Shown: positions 31,967 through 44,109 of the stretch, one piece after another
How the letters are laid out: the number at the start of each line of letters is the position of its first letter
Position numbering within the stretch: position 1 is the first letter of the stretch
Assembly: GCA_964035575.1 (NCBI GenBank)
Contig: OZ037835.1
Coordinates: forward strand, 620,001-684,000
DNA: 64,000 bases
Reading direction: 5' to 3'
Origin: Rhynchopus sp. YZ270_cl-10
Lineage: Eukaryota
Notes under the pieces: model-generated
What the model saw: only the letters and a program-made list of their open reading frames with translations
What the model was told of the DNA's origin: nothing
Databases searched by the model: none
Made by a program: the position numbers and the translations under genes

Positions 31967-34270
31967 TGGTTCTGTGAGGGGTGGTGTTTATGTTTTGGGT
32001 ACGGGGCGGGAGAATAAAATCTGTTCGATAAAAGAAACGCAAGCTTTTTTGCTTTATCTTGTTCAGGGAGAAGTGAGGAGCGTCACAAGTGTCATGTCCC
32101 CGAAAAAAATAAGTCGATGTAAGTGCAAATGCTCGTGTACCAATTGCTCCGCAGGTTATCGAACCGCGGAGAGATTGAAAAGACCGTGTACAGAATTGTG
32201 CGAAACAGCAAATGGATTGAATCACCGTACACTGCCGCCAAACACCTAACAAAAAAAAATGAGAATGCACTATCCAGAAAAACTGCTGCTCATCGTCGTG
32301 GGTTCGTTTACAGCTACGGCTTGTTAGATCAAAAAGCACGTCAACATCGAAACTCATTATCGCAAACTTTCCCTTTCACCTTCACACAAACGTCATCATC
32401 CACGCCGAGGCTGGGGCGGCGCAGAGGGGTTGTGTTGCGAGAACAGTGAGTTCTCTCCTCCGCAGGTGAGTCTGCTGACACCGTTCGTGTGCATGTATCG
32501 TTGGTTATTGGAGGGACGTTTTTGATGATGGGTGTGCCGGAGTTGCATACTGCACTTGACTGGGAGCACAGTAGCTCGCCAGGTGCTTGATGTGGCTGCG
32601 CCCTGCACATATGACTGCCACTGCTCGTCGGACTCAAGCTGCGACACATGCAGTGGTGCACCTACCGACAAGCTGCGCGCCGAGCCCTGCACCGGCGACA
32701 CCTTCACACACGACAGCACCTGCGGGGATGGCAGTCCCTACATACTGTCGAACCACTCCTGCTGGGTGAAGGACGACTGCTCGGAGATCGACCTGACGTC
32801 CCCGCACACCCACAAGACCGATGGCAGTGTCAAGACCACGATAGGTGCGGTGGTGCTGTCGCCGTGCGTCTTTGTGTATTCTTTGTTGGGCATCTTTTGT
32901 GGGATGTCGTGAAGCGGTGCGCTGTGTCTTGTCCAGACTGTGGGCTTTGTGAGTGGCTTGGGTCCTGTTGGCGTGGACGGTGTAGCGGTGGTGGTGGTGG
33001 TGGTGGGGGCTTGCACACCAGGACGAAGCCTTCCGAAGCTACAACACCAACGGGTACGAAGACGTCGAACACAGTGCCGAGGCTTCAGCACCACCCGTAC
33101 ACCAGCGGGCCACCACACAAAGATCACCAGAGCATACCATCCTGCGTCTTTTAACACATCCGACATCTTTTCAAAAAAAAAAAAAAGCTGTGTGTTTTAT
33201 CAGAAATTGTGTGAAAGATTAAAGTGAAAGAGTTGGGGTGGAGCAGACACAAAGTTTTATTGTTCACTTTGTCAAAATCTCTTTGTTTTTCTCTTTGTCT
33301 ATTTTTCCTGCATTTTTTATTCTCTTCTTTGTACTTTCTTTTGTTTTGGTTGTTGTTAGATAAGCTCAATCGCCTATCGAGTTCTGTGAATAGCACGGAA
33401 CTCCTTTTCATGTGTATCCATGGAAATCAGTATCATATGTGATACCGGGGTCAGAGAAAAATAAAGGGTGCGGAGGGTGGGAAAATTTTTGAAAAAAGGT
33501 GTCGTTTGAGAAAAAACAAACAAACGGATGCGCTGTGTGAAAAACGAGTGTTTCTCTGCGCGTGATATTTTGTGGGGAAGAATAAAACATTATGAAAAAA
33601 GCTCGTTGCGTTCCCACTATCGTTTCCGCTGCGCTCTCACTAGTGTTCCCACTCCATTCGGTTTTCTCTTACTTAACAAAAAAATAGTGAGTTTCAAGGT
33701 GTTCTCGGTTTAAAATTATTATGCATCCACTTGCCGTTTGGATAAACAAAACAAAGGCGAAAGGGGGTTTGGGGGGAAGAGTTTAATTCTTGAACGCAAT
33801 CCCCACACTCAGTCACAACACATTTCAAAATTCTGGCGTTAATGGATCGCTAGGGTGGGTAAACTACCCAATCCAAAAATTATCGACCCTATTTTCTTAC
33901 AACCTGGTATGGTCATTTCACACCCTCAGCCAACATCACACAAAAAGATCACGTTTTCAAAAACGGATACTCGCATTTGAAGGTACAAATAAGGCTCCAC
34001 TCGGTTCAAAACGTGCATTTTTGAACCGAACGACAACCCTCTCTGAACTCACGGCATTATTTTCTACCCGATTAGTGGAGTAGATATTTGTTATCATCCT
34101 CTGGACGCATTTTCAAAAGAATGGGCGTAAAAAATAAAACCTGAACACTCCATCACACGTGGACACATCGCCTAAGCACCGGGCAGTGTGAATACCTATA
34201 AGAGCAGTAAAAAAAAAAATCGCTGTTATGAACCATAATGACTGGTTCAGATAGCTTCTCCTGTCGCTCT

Positions 34271-35641
34271 TTACGAAACACTGCAGCAAGGCAAGGCTGC
34301 TTTCGTCTGGTCTCTGCCACGTGTCGGAGGTGTGTCAACCACATACTTCTTCAGCTCGCCTTCACGCACTCGACTGGACACAACACTGCTGCAGCCGGCA
34401 AGGCGGATGCTCCTCAACGAAGTGTAGTTGCCAGCAGGTACATCACCCATGTGCGTAACCTTGCGGAGTGGTGATAGGTCTAGTTCTGTGAGGCTGCTGC
34501 AGTTGGAAAGAAAGTTTGTGCCAATGTGTGTAACATTGCGAAGTGGTGATAAGTCCACTGTTGTGAGGCTGCTGCAGTTGGAAAGAAAGCCCCCGCTAAT
34601 GTGAGCAAGGCTGCAGTCGGAAAGAAAGCTTGTACTAATGTGTGTAACATTGCTGAGTGATGATAAGTCCACTGCTATGAGGCCGCTGCAACTGTCAAGA
34701 AAGCCTGCGCTAATGTGTGTAACATTGCTGAGTGATGATAAGTCCACTGCTGTGAGGCTGCTGCATCTGGAAAGAAAGTTTGTCTTAATGTGTGTAACAT
34801 TGCGAAGTGGTGATAAGTCTACTGATGTGAGGCTGCTGCAGCGGGCAAGAAAGCTTGTACTAATGTGTGTAACGCTGCTGAGTGGAGATAAGTCCACTGC
34901 TGTGAGGCCGCTGCATTTGTAAAGAAAGCTTGAACTAATGTGTGTAACACTGCGAAGTGGTGATAAGTCCACTGATGTGAGGCCACTGCAGTTGTAAAGA
35001 AAGCTTGAACTGATGTGTGTAACACTGCGGAACAGTGATAAGTCTAGTTCTGTGAGGCATCTGCAGTTGTAAAGAAAGCTTGTACTAATGTGAGTAACAT
35101 TGCGAAGTGGTGATAAGTCTACTGCTGTGAGGCTGCTGCAGTCGGCAAGAAAGTAGGTACCAATCCGCGTGAGACGTGTCAACCCAGACAGGTCGATGCT
35201 TGCCAACGTTGTACACCCGTGAAGGAAACAGTCGGAAATTTCCGTCACGCACGACACAGCACTCAGATCAAGTCTCGTTATCGATGAACGCGACAAGAAT
35301 CCTTTCGGAATGACAGTCGCAACCTCCGCCTGCAGAAGCAAACACGCAACCTCAGGATCCTCCACAGTCTCCAGCCTCTCTGCTCTGATGTCCCTTTCAC
35401 CCAACGCACGAAGTGCTGCTCTGGCTAAGAACTTCTTACTTTCCGTCAGGATGATTGTGTCACCAGCACTCAGCTGCGTGATGTCGTCTCCTTCGTCCTT
35501 CCCTCCGAAGCCCATGTGGAAGCTGTCCTCAGCCAACCCCACTGCAGACGCCACCTTCTGCCGCATCGTCTCCGTTGTGTCATCCACACCCACCTCCATC
35601 ACATACGAGTTGTCCGCGAAGTCCTTGATAACTACTTCCAT
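34271..35641 (-). CDS. Ubiquitin-like domain + BspA/TpLRR-type leucine-rich repeat protein with a C-terminal CaaX-like motif (456 aa)
   Basis: N-terminus MEVVIKDF...MEVGVDDTTETMRQKVA...LSAGDTIIL has a Ubl pattern; about 11 repeats of 25 aa (LTAVDLSPLRNVTHISTSFLYNC); ends CCSVS. Confidence 0.9.
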   Translation of the reverse strand: MEVVIKDFADNSYVMEVGVDDTTETMRQKVASAVGLAEDSFHMGFGGKDEGDDITQLSAGDTIILTESKKFLARAALRALGERDIRAERLETVEDPEVACLLLQAEVATVIPKGFLSRSSITRLDLSAVSCVTEISDCFLHGCTTLASIDLSGLTRLTRIGTYFLADCSSLTAVDLSPLRNVTHISTSFLYNCRCLTELDLSLFRSVTHISSSFLYNCSGLTSVDLSPLRSVTHISSSFLYKCSGLTAVDLSPLSSVTHISTSFLARCSSLTSVDLSPLRNVTHIKTNFLSRCSSLTAVDLSSLSNVTHISAGFLDSCSGLIAVDLSSLSNVTHISTSFLSDCSLAHISGGFLSNCSSLTTVDLSPLRNVTHIGTNFLSNCSSLTELDLSPLRKVTHMGDVPAGNYTSLRSIRLAGCSSVVSSRVREGELKKYVVDTPPTRGRDQTKAALPCCSVS

Positions 35642-36902
35642 TTTGTCTTCTATTCTTTGTGTTGCTCTGTGGTGTGGTGGGGTTGTGGGAGTTGGGGCTG
35701 AAGGGGGTGAACATGGTGAAAGAAAAAGAACACCTCACCAAAGACGCTTCCTTTGTAGGTAGCCGTACACATTGAGGAGCACTCATGCGGACTACGCCAC
35801 TTTGTGTCAAAGTGCTCTTTACGTCTTTTCCTTCTGTAGTATAAAAGGATTCGGCCAACATTGAGTACAGACCCTCTTCTGGGTACTTAGGCGAGTTGTC
35901 CAAGGATCAAAGCCCGCGAGGTTGCTACGAAGTACATTAGCAAAGGCACGTTGCAGGTATCGTATCAGCTGCACGGCTTTGCACAAGGGTGGTGTTGGGG
36001 GCAATAGACAAGAGATCGCTTCGTATGAGATGTAGTTATTCTCGCGACTTGCACTACAGGGAAAACGTAACATAGCCTTTGTGTGATTTTATTTTTTTAA
36101 ATGAGTGCGAGTTGCTGACTTACATCCGCCTTCCACTCGCTGTTCTGGATGAACAAACAAAACATAGCATCCGAAACGATAGGAACTCGCGCGAGTATGC
36201 TTTTGAAGATATCTAAACCATGAATAAAAAATCATGAAAAACAACGCACAAAAAATCGCGCAAAAATTTAAAACAGAACCTGAACGACATTCTCTCTATA
36301 GCTGTGGAGGCTAAGAGGTGGTTGCATGCGAGATACCTAAGACTATGAGAAAATACTAAAAGAAATAAAACCTGAACCATCCATCACACGTGGACACTGC
36401 GTCTATGCACCTGGCAGTGTGAATGCCCATAGAGGGGCAACACTTTTCGCCTCATAGAACAACCAAGTTTTCAAAAGGAAGTCAGAAATGTGGTCACTAA
36501 AACTACTGTGCTAATAACAGAAACTATGCTTGAAAAACGCGTGGAGGCAAAAGCTACCTGTCAGCAGGCTTCGCCTGGTCATCGCGCTTCAAGAATGAAA
36601 AGGAGCAAGGTAAAATAACGGAAAGAGAAAAAGAGAAAGCCAGTAACAACTAAAGCCCTGTCAGGGGTCATAGTCCAAATGATGCAAAGCTTGGCTTGTA
36701 TGCCTTCAACAAATAGGTTCTCACAACACTCATGATGCGAGAGTACTTTGCAGGACTGCACCTAAGCCTCTCGCGTCTCGTCATCATAAAAAAGTTGAAA
36801 GATGAATGTGAAGTAAGCGTGCACAGTGTTAATCACTCGGGCACATGTTACTGAACAAAATGTACATGGACACTTCTCATCACAACAGCCACGTCCCCAC
36901 CC

Positions 36903-37556
36903 TCACACAACCCACTCCTCCCTGTGCAGACTCCCAAAGATGACTGCAGACATCAAGAGCAGCTTCTCCGCCTCGCTGACAGCCTCCTCTGAACGCATCT
37001 CGTAGACAGCAGGCTGGGACGCAGTCTGGTCTGCAAGGGTGAGCGCGCACCTCCTGCTGAGCGCACCCTCAAGCCTCACTTCATCCTTCCCGGACGTAGG
37101 GAGAGAGGTCTGTGTGTACGCCACCTTCCCAACAGGCTCCGCAGACGCGTTTGTGATCTGGCCCACACCTGAGCAGAACCCGAGAGGGGAAACTTCACCG
37201 ACGTACTCAGAGACGTTGCCACGCACAGCATACGCACGCAGCCGCCCCACACCACAGCACGACGCTGTGTGCTCAATGCTCGCCACCCTCTCCTCCCCAC
37301 CACCCTGCAGGTCAGTCACGTTCATCACAAACGACGGATACGTGCAGCACAGTGCAAGGTGCGCAAGTATGCTCGGCTCGTTCATCTCCGTCTCAAACCC
37401 AAGCAGCGCAGCACCGTCCTTGCCCTCACGTGCCTTGAAGGGCGACCTGGAGGTCCACCCGAAGACGTTCTGCCAGTGCATCGTGATCAGAGGGTGGTCA
37501 CGTGCAAGAGCATGCTTCGTTGGCACAGCGCACGAGAGTGCATCAAAGGCTGTCAT
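36903..37556 (-). CDS. Phospholipid scramblase/Tubby-C-like protein (217 aa)
   Basis: Paralog at 40713 conserves the frame; CC motifs, a beta-rich body and a terminal helix EKLLLMSAVIF resemble the PLSCR/LURP family. Family call from memory. Confidence 0.7.
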   Translation of the reverse strand: MTAFDALSCAVPTKHALARDHPLITMHWQNVFGWTSRSPFKAREGKDGAALLGFETEMNEPSILAHLALCCTYPSFVMNVTDLQGGGEERVASIEHTASCCGVGRLRAYAVRGNVSEYVGEVSPLGFCSGVGQITNASAEPVGKVAYTQTSLPTSGKDEVRLEGALSRRCALTLADQTASQPAVYEMRSEEAVSEAEKLLLMSAVIFGSLHREEWVV

Positions 37557-37960
37557 TGTGAAAGAGGGTGAAGAAGGAAGAGGGGGAGGGTGTTGTTTGT
37601 TCGGTTATAAAAACGCTGTTAGTTGTCGTGTGGTGGGTGGTGGGACACAATGCACATATTGACACTGAAGTGGCTAAAGAGACATGACTGGGCACTCCAT
37701 CTGCGCCTTCTGGAACTCTACAGCTTCGTCGGCATCTATTGGCACAGAAGTGGGAATCATGCTGGAGTGGACTAGAAGGTAACAGCGTACGTTCTGGTGT
37801 ACTGCTGATGCGCAGAAGCTCACATCTTCCTCTGCAGACATTCAAGACAAAGTATACGGGACCTTCTGGAGATGTGGTAAGAGCAAAAATGCCCGATAAA
37901 CCGTTCCTCTATGTTTGTTGCTCAAAAGACTATAAACAGGAGGGGGGGAAATATTGAAAA

Positions 37961-38012
37961 TCTTAACGTACACCCTCTGCTGATTCTATGTGTCACAAGT
38001 GTTCATGTCCCC
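37961..38012 (-). mobile_element. 52-bp minimal derivative of the split-repeat element (two ends only)
   Basis: GAAAA|TCTTAACGTACACCCTCTGCTGATTCTA joined to TGTGTCACAAGTGTTCATGTCCCC|GAAAAA. Confidence 0.7.
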
Positions 38013-38023
38013 GAAAAAATGTA

Positions 38024-38444
38024 CCGTCTTTTGAAAAAATATGGACCAGAAATAACATGGACCAGAATAATGATGGACCAGAACAATTATGGACCTTTTG
38101 GGATTTTTTTTTTTTATGGACCTATTTTTCTGGTCCGACACATGTGTGGGGTTTTTTTGTACTTGTCCAGAATTTTGACAGGGAGTCGCGCGCGCGAAGC
38201 GCGTGCGACGACCGCTTGTGTGGGGAGAAAGCTCGGAATGGGTCTACCGGGCCACATATAAGCCGAGATGCCCCGCCAACGTGCGGTACCGAAAGCTCGG
38301 AATGGGTCTGAAAATGGACAAGTTCAAAAAAAAGCCTAACACAGATGGACCAGAAATAACATGGACCAGAACAATTATGGACTTTTTGGGATTTTTTTTT
38401 TTTTATGGACCTATTTTTCTGGTCCATAATTTTTCAAAAGACGG
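38024..38444. mobile_element. Tc1/pogo-like MITE
   Basis: TA|CCGTCTTTTGAAAAA(A/T)TATGGACCAGAAA...AAAAGACGG|TA; repeated ATGGACCAGAA motifs. Confidence 0.87.
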
Positions 38445-40712
38445 TATATTGCTGTTCGCTTTCCACCATACTATGTGTTTACTATAAAAAGCGTACTTTC
38501 TTTTTCTTTGAGTTATACCTTCTGTGGAACACATAACAAGGGAAAAGGGAACGCACACGAATGAGAGAGCAAAATAGGTAGGGTTGGGAAATGGAGACAT
38601 CATCTACAATGAAATCTACACAGGCAGATCTGTTAGTGCGCACGGCCGCACGTACGCGTACGCCGCACGTACGCCGTGCGCACTTTCTGAAAATTTGCGG
38701 CGCACGGCACTCATTCAACGTAGGAAGCCTAGCTCCTGTACGTTGCCCTTTGTTGTACTGTACCAGCTCCTATGCGCAGGGGGTTATCCCGGATTACAGC
38801 GCACTTCGAGAAAGGCGGAGAAACGCGTCTCACCCTCCTCTGATAGACGTCATGCGTCGGTTGCCGCCGCGGGCGGAGTGCAACAGGTGCCCCAACGGGC
38901 CAAAGTCTCGGGGGTTTTGCCGGATATTTTTCCATCCTTCACAACTAGTACTGCCGTGCGCACTTTCTCAGAATTCGCTGCGCACGCGTGCGCGCAGCAT
39001 AGCCCTTGATGCCATACCTGATGGAACGCAAAATAAAATAAAATAAAACAACACTGAAAGAAACACACACACATCAAATGAAAGATAATAAAACCTACAT
39101 TCTTGAACTCTTCTATACGACGTGATTTTCATTGGACGCATCCCAGATTTATGTCTGAACTACACACACAATTCCAATCATTCGAACCGAAGACGCACAA
39201 ACATTTCGGTTTGTATTATTTCCTTACAACCGTACGCGTACCGTTTCGCATGTTTGTATACAAAAGAAAAGTTTATAAGATGATCCTAAGCCTCTCGTGA
39301 TTAGTCACCTTAGATAGAGCTCACAAAAATAAATAAATAAACAAAGCATCTAATCAACACTCTCAATGAACACATCAATGTACCGAGATCATCACATTTG
39401 CAGTTTGTCAAGAGAAAACAATCTGAAATATGTGATGAATATTTGCTTAATAGACGTGCTTCTGATAAAGGGGATGGGGACACTTCTGCACTGTACTGTC
39501 TGTGATTTGCCTCATACATTTGTTTGGTGCTCCCGAAACCTGAAAAATAGGTTACACCAGTTTGAGGGGGGGCAACACCTGACCTAAACAAACGACACAA
39601 ACGTCTGGTGTGAAGTAATCGAACTATAAACACCCCTCGCAGTCACCACCAGATTGGAAACATGGTCTCGACACGAAGGCGCCCCGCGTGGTGTGAAGCA
39701 CAAACAGGGGGGGAGAGGGTCGAGGGCATGTTGGCTGTGCGAGGTGGGTGCAAAGAGTTAGCCACAGACAGCACGCAGCATGTTTGTTGCAAAGACAGTA
39801 GACCCGGCAACGAGGTGGGATCGTACTGTGCTCAAAGAAGTGATGGGATTGGAAGCAAAAGACTACAAGAAAAGCTACTCTTAGAAAGTTGAGGGGAGAG
39901 AAATTTGTGTTTGCAAAAAAAAAAAAAAAAATTGACCAAAACGAAACAAGCAGGGATACTCTGTGAAGTAATGTGACAACGGCCCACCCCTCACCAAGCA
40001 GACAAAGGGTGCTCCGTTCATTTGACACAACAAGCGCTTCCCGCAGTCTTTTTTGACCAGACAAAATATTCCTGGCACACCGAACCTGATGGATCAATGC
40101 ACATCACAAACAGAAAGGACAAGGTGGGATAATGCCACTTGACATGTGGCATCTGGCTGCAGAGCAAAGGTTACATGAATAAATATAAACAAAGCACGGA
40201 GTTGGAGAAGCCAATTGACCTCAGGAGCGAGAACCACTGTGCACCCAGATTAGGGAGGTGACCACACCGTGTGAAGGCGGCCACAGCTACCCTAATGAGC
40301 ACACAACCTGAGGTGCGAACCTTTCCGCAAAAAACAAAGATACAATGAAAAAGGGGAAAGGGAAAGGCGGGGTGGGGCACCACATGCGGCAGCATGGGGT
40401 AGAGAGCAAGGTGCTTGCCGATGCACAACACTGGCATCGACGTTATAACCAACAGATCTGCGATGAGGGTACAGAGATGATCAAGTGAACTAAAGCCCTG
40501 TCAGGGGTCATAGTCCAAATGATGCAAAGCTTGGCTTGTATGCCTTCAACAAATAGGTTCTCACAACACTCATGATGCGAGAGTACTTTGCAGGACTGCA
40601 CCTAAGCCTCTCGTGTTTCGTCACCGTAAAAAAAGATTAAAGATGAATGTGCACATGTTACTGAACAAAATGTACATGGACACTTCTCATCACAACAGCC
40701 ACGTCCCCACCC

Positions 40713-41357
40713 TCACACAACCCACTCCTCCCTGTGCAGACTCCCAAAGATGACTGCAGACATCAAGAGCAGCTTCTCCGCCTCGCTGACAGCCTCCTCT
40801 GAACGCATCTCGTAGACAGCAGGCTGGGACGCAGTCTGGGCAAGGGTGAGCGCGCACCTCCTGCTGAGCGCACCCCCAAGCCTCATGGCATCCCTCCCGC
40901 AGATGGAGGTCTGTGTGTATGTCACCTTCCCAACAGGCTCCGCAGACGCGTTCGTTATGTGGCTCACATCGGAACAAAAGCCGAGAGGGGAAACTTCACC
41001 GACGTACTCAGAGACGTTGCCACGCACAGCATACGCACGCAGCCGCCCCACACCACAGCACGATGCTGTGTGCTCAATGCTCGCCACCCTCTCCTCCCCA
41101 CCACCCTGCAGGTCAGTCACGTTCATCACAAACGACGGATACGTGCAGCACAGTGCAAGGTGCGCAAGCATGCTCGGCTCGTTCATCTCCGTCTCAAACC
41201 CAAGCAGCGCAGCACCGTCCTTGCCCTCACGTGCCTTGAAGGGCGACCTGGAAGTCCACCCGAAGACGTCCTGCCAGTGCATCGTGATCAGAGGGTGGTC
41301 ACGTGCAAGAGCATGCTTCGTTGGCACAGCGCACGAGAGTGCATCAAAGGCTGTCAT
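40713..41357 (-). CDS. Phospholipid scramblase/Tubby-C-like protein, paralog 2 (214 aa)
   Basis: Near-identical to 36903-37556 with in-frame indels only; part of a duplicated block about 36648-37620 / 40488-41420. Confidence 0.7.
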   Translation of the reverse strand: MTAFDALSCAVPTKHALARDHPLITMHWQDVFGWTSRSPFKAREGKDGAALLGFETEMNEPSMLAHLALCCTYPSFVMNVTDLQGGGEERVASIEHTASCCGVGRLRAYAVRGNVSEYVGEVSPLGFCSDVSHITNASAEPVGKVTYTQTSICGRDAMRLGGALSRRCALTLAQTASQPAVYEMRSEEAVSEAEKLLLMSAVIFGSLHREEWVV

Positions 41358-41653
41358 TGTGAAAGAGGGTGAAGAAGGAAGAGGGGGAGGGTGTTGTTTG
41401 TTCGGTTATAACAACGCTGTCGTGGTGGGTGGTGGGTGGTGAATGGGAAACGGTACACAACACAACTGGAGTATACATCTGTTTAGTCTTCCCTCCTTTC
41501 TCCACATCATCTTCATGACACTGTGATGTGGAAGTCTCTCACACACTGAACTACGTTCTGGAGCCTTGGAAAAGCACTCCAGTCGCCACCACCTAAAAAC
41601 AGAAACTTAAAAAAGCAGAAAACAGCAAACGTTGTGTCAAAAAGTTATTTTTT

Positions 41654-43522
41654 TTAGTATTTTTGTGTATTACCCCGCAGGAAGCCTGAATGAGGTACGT
41701 CCTCCAAGTCTTTCCCACGTCCACGTGAGAGAATGGAATCTGAGAACGTGTCGTAACACTCACCTGTTAAGGCTGCATATTGACACTCTGTTCCCTCACG
41801 CAACGGTCGTGCCAAGGCCACACTCAGAAGACCTCCCTTGACTGTCGAGGGATGCACGTTCAAAGGGCTCCGTTCACAAGGACAGCCCTGTGCAGCCTCT
41901 TCAACCGCTGCTGCAGACGCATCGCCCTTCAGGTACTTCCGTACTGTTGTGTTGTAGTTATCCCACTCACTGCTCTTCCCGATCTGGTACATCCATTCTT
42001 CAGCAGGGTGGCCAGAAGCGGCGATGTTAAGCAGAAGCTCGGCAGCCACTTCAGGTGTGTCAGAGGTTGCAGACACTTCCACCCTGCACGGAATCAGGCG
42101 CATCTCGTGTTCGCACTCAGCGTCGCTGAAGCACATACGGTTGCAGAGCACGTCGCAGCCAAGGATCAGTCCTGCACGTTCCATCCCATGCACGTCACGC
42201 ACGAGTGTGCCCACCATGCTGAAGCGACGCATCACTTCACACCCCATGTCACCACGCAGCACCTTCCCGGTTGCAACACCAATGTTTACCTGCGACGGCT
42301 GCGACCCCCTGAACAGCATCGCTGCAGTGTGCAGTGCAGAGGAGGCGTGGTTTGCACACTGCCTTGACGTGTTGAACGAGCAGTGCACCCTGTCACCGAT
42401 GAACACGTCCACCATCCCACGCCATGTTTCTATTGACTTTAACGTCTTCAGAAGAAGAGTTGTGAAGAAGGAGGAGAAGTATGCACTGTCCTGCTCCACC
42501 AGACGCAACGTGTCTTTGATGTTCACCGTCAGCAGAGTCGCCTTCACAGACGACAGCACAAAGGGAACGCAACGAAAGCTTTTCGGAATGCTTCCACTTG
42601 AACAACGTGACGACAGTGAAGGCTCAGACACGTCTGCACTGCACTCCTCTTCATTGTGTTTTTCACCTTCATCCCCAAGCAAACACGTCTGTGGCAGGTA
42701 CGCTTTGTACGACCGCAGGTTCTTCTCCAACGCACGCAGTGCCACCGTCATCCCCTGAGGCAGCTCATGTTCATGCTCCTCCAGCAGCTCCGCCACCTTC
42801 TCCACGTCGTAGCCAGCCAGGAGCGAGGCAATCTCTTGCACAGCGTTGATCGTCCGCTCCATTGCTGCCTGCTCCTTCAGCACCTCGCTTGCGAAGCCAC
42901 GCGTCACGATGAAGTCCAGCACAAAGACACTAGTTGCAGTAAACAGGCGGCTCGAAGGGAACGGTATTGGGCAGGGTGGCGTCTCGCAGGCAAGCTTCTC
43001 CTCCAAATAATACAGCCGTCCGTGCTTACCCTCCTGTGGCGCCAACCAGGGCAGGTCGAACAGACCAAACCTGAAGCTCTCCTCAACACTCAGCACCACC
43101 AACCATATCATGACAAAACAGACAAGACCCAGACTGTACACCTTGGGCACCTGCATCACAAGCAGCATGTCGATGATGAGCACAAGGAGAGGCCATTGCT
43201 CCATCGAGACAGCTCGTGAATTCAAATCCCACAAAAGCAACCCAAATGTCACCACGTACAGCGTGCCCACCACCACCCTTGTTGTCAACGGAACCCTGCA
43301 CAGCACTGCACAGATCGCAATGCCAAGCCCAAGCAGCGCCACCAGTGTTCCCACAAAGAAGACGGGGTTTCTTTGCTGCGCTTCCAACGTCAAGACCATA
43401 GTGACAACCATAGCACACCAACCCACACAAGCAAAGATGAAGAACTGTGTGCGCAGCTCCTTCCTTTTGGTGCTCAGTGTCCCGTCCAAGGAGAGCACGC
43501 CGTTGAGACACTGCATCCCCAT
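41654..43522 (-). CDS. Multi-pass membrane protein with a catalytically degenerate class III cyclase domain (622 aa)
   Basis: TM region and linker homologous to 29828-31966; the cyclase fold reads ATLLTVNI, VDVFIGDRV, IGVATG, VGTLVRDVHGMER (first Asp, Lys, Asn and Arg lost). Confidence 0.88.
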   Translation of the reverse strand: MGMQCLNGVLSLDGTLSTKRKELRTQFFIFACVGWCAMVVTMVLTLEAQQRNPVFFVGTLVALLGLGIAICAVLCRVPLTTRVVVGTLYVVTFGLLLWDLNSRAVSMEQWPLLVLIIDMLLVMQVPKVYSLGLVCFVMIWLVVLSVEESFRFGLFDLPWLAPQEGKHGRLYYLEEKLACETPPCPIPFPSSRLFTATSVFVLDFIVTRGFASEVLKEQAAMERTINAVQEIASLLAGYDVEKVAELLEEHEHELPQGMTVALRALEKNLRSYKAYLPQTCLLGDEGEKHNEEECSADVSEPSLSSRCSSGSIPKSFRCVPFVLSSVKATLLTVNIKDTLRLVEQDSAYFSSFFTTLLLKTLKSIETWRGMVDVFIGDRVHCSFNTSRQCANHASSALHTAAMLFRGSQPSQVNIGVATGKVLRGDMGCEVMRRFSMVGTLVRDVHGMERAGLILGCDVLCNRMCFSDAECEHEMRLIPCRVEVSATSDTPEVAAELLLNIAASGHPAEEWMYQIGKSSEWDNYNTTVRKYLKGDASAAAVEEAAQGCPCERSPLNVHPSTVKGGLLSVALARPLREGTECQYAALTGECYDTFSDSILSRGRGKDLEDVPHSGFLRGNTQKY

Positions 43523-44109
43523 CTCCCCTCCCGTCAGGTATCTATCTGTGTTCTTGTGGAGGTGTTGTGTGTACAGTGTCTCGCAGAATTAATGGCACTT
43601 GACCACAATTAAAACAAAAAGGGCAAAATTTGACAAAGGGAAGGCCCATTATTCCAATCCATGTTACAATGTTCCTGAAACACACACTGAACGACGTTCC
43701 GGAGCCTTGGAAAAGCACTCCAGTCGCCACCAATTTGAAAAACGCAGAAACTTAACAATTTCCCTGGGAGGCAATAGCCACCGACAACGACACCGGCTAC
43801 GAAATTTTACGATCGTCGGCAACCCGTGATGAACAAAGGAGAAACCAGCAAACGTTCTCTCAAAAAGTTATTTTTCTGTTATTTTAGCATTGGACCTGGT
43901 GGAGAAGAAAACAATTTCCGATAAAACGTGTCTGTGTCGGTTTTCTCTTTCACACAAACAAAGACGGGCGAATAAAGTCGCAAAAATTTACTCTCCACGG
44001 GTACGCAAAGTGGCCCTGATCGTAACAAAGTAGACCACAACGGCGCCGTCCCTTCACCTTCAGTAAGCAGACCCAGTGAACAACTCAGACACCCGCATGA
44101 GCCAGTGTC

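Noticed and set aside
32532..33166. GC-rich Cys-rich plus-strand ORF and overlapping frames
   Set aside because: No recognisable domain or clear start; may be a gene relic but I cannot support a call.
39360..39410. Minus-strand GTGATGA resembling a snoRNA C box
   Set aside because: No suitably placed D box or terminal stem seen.
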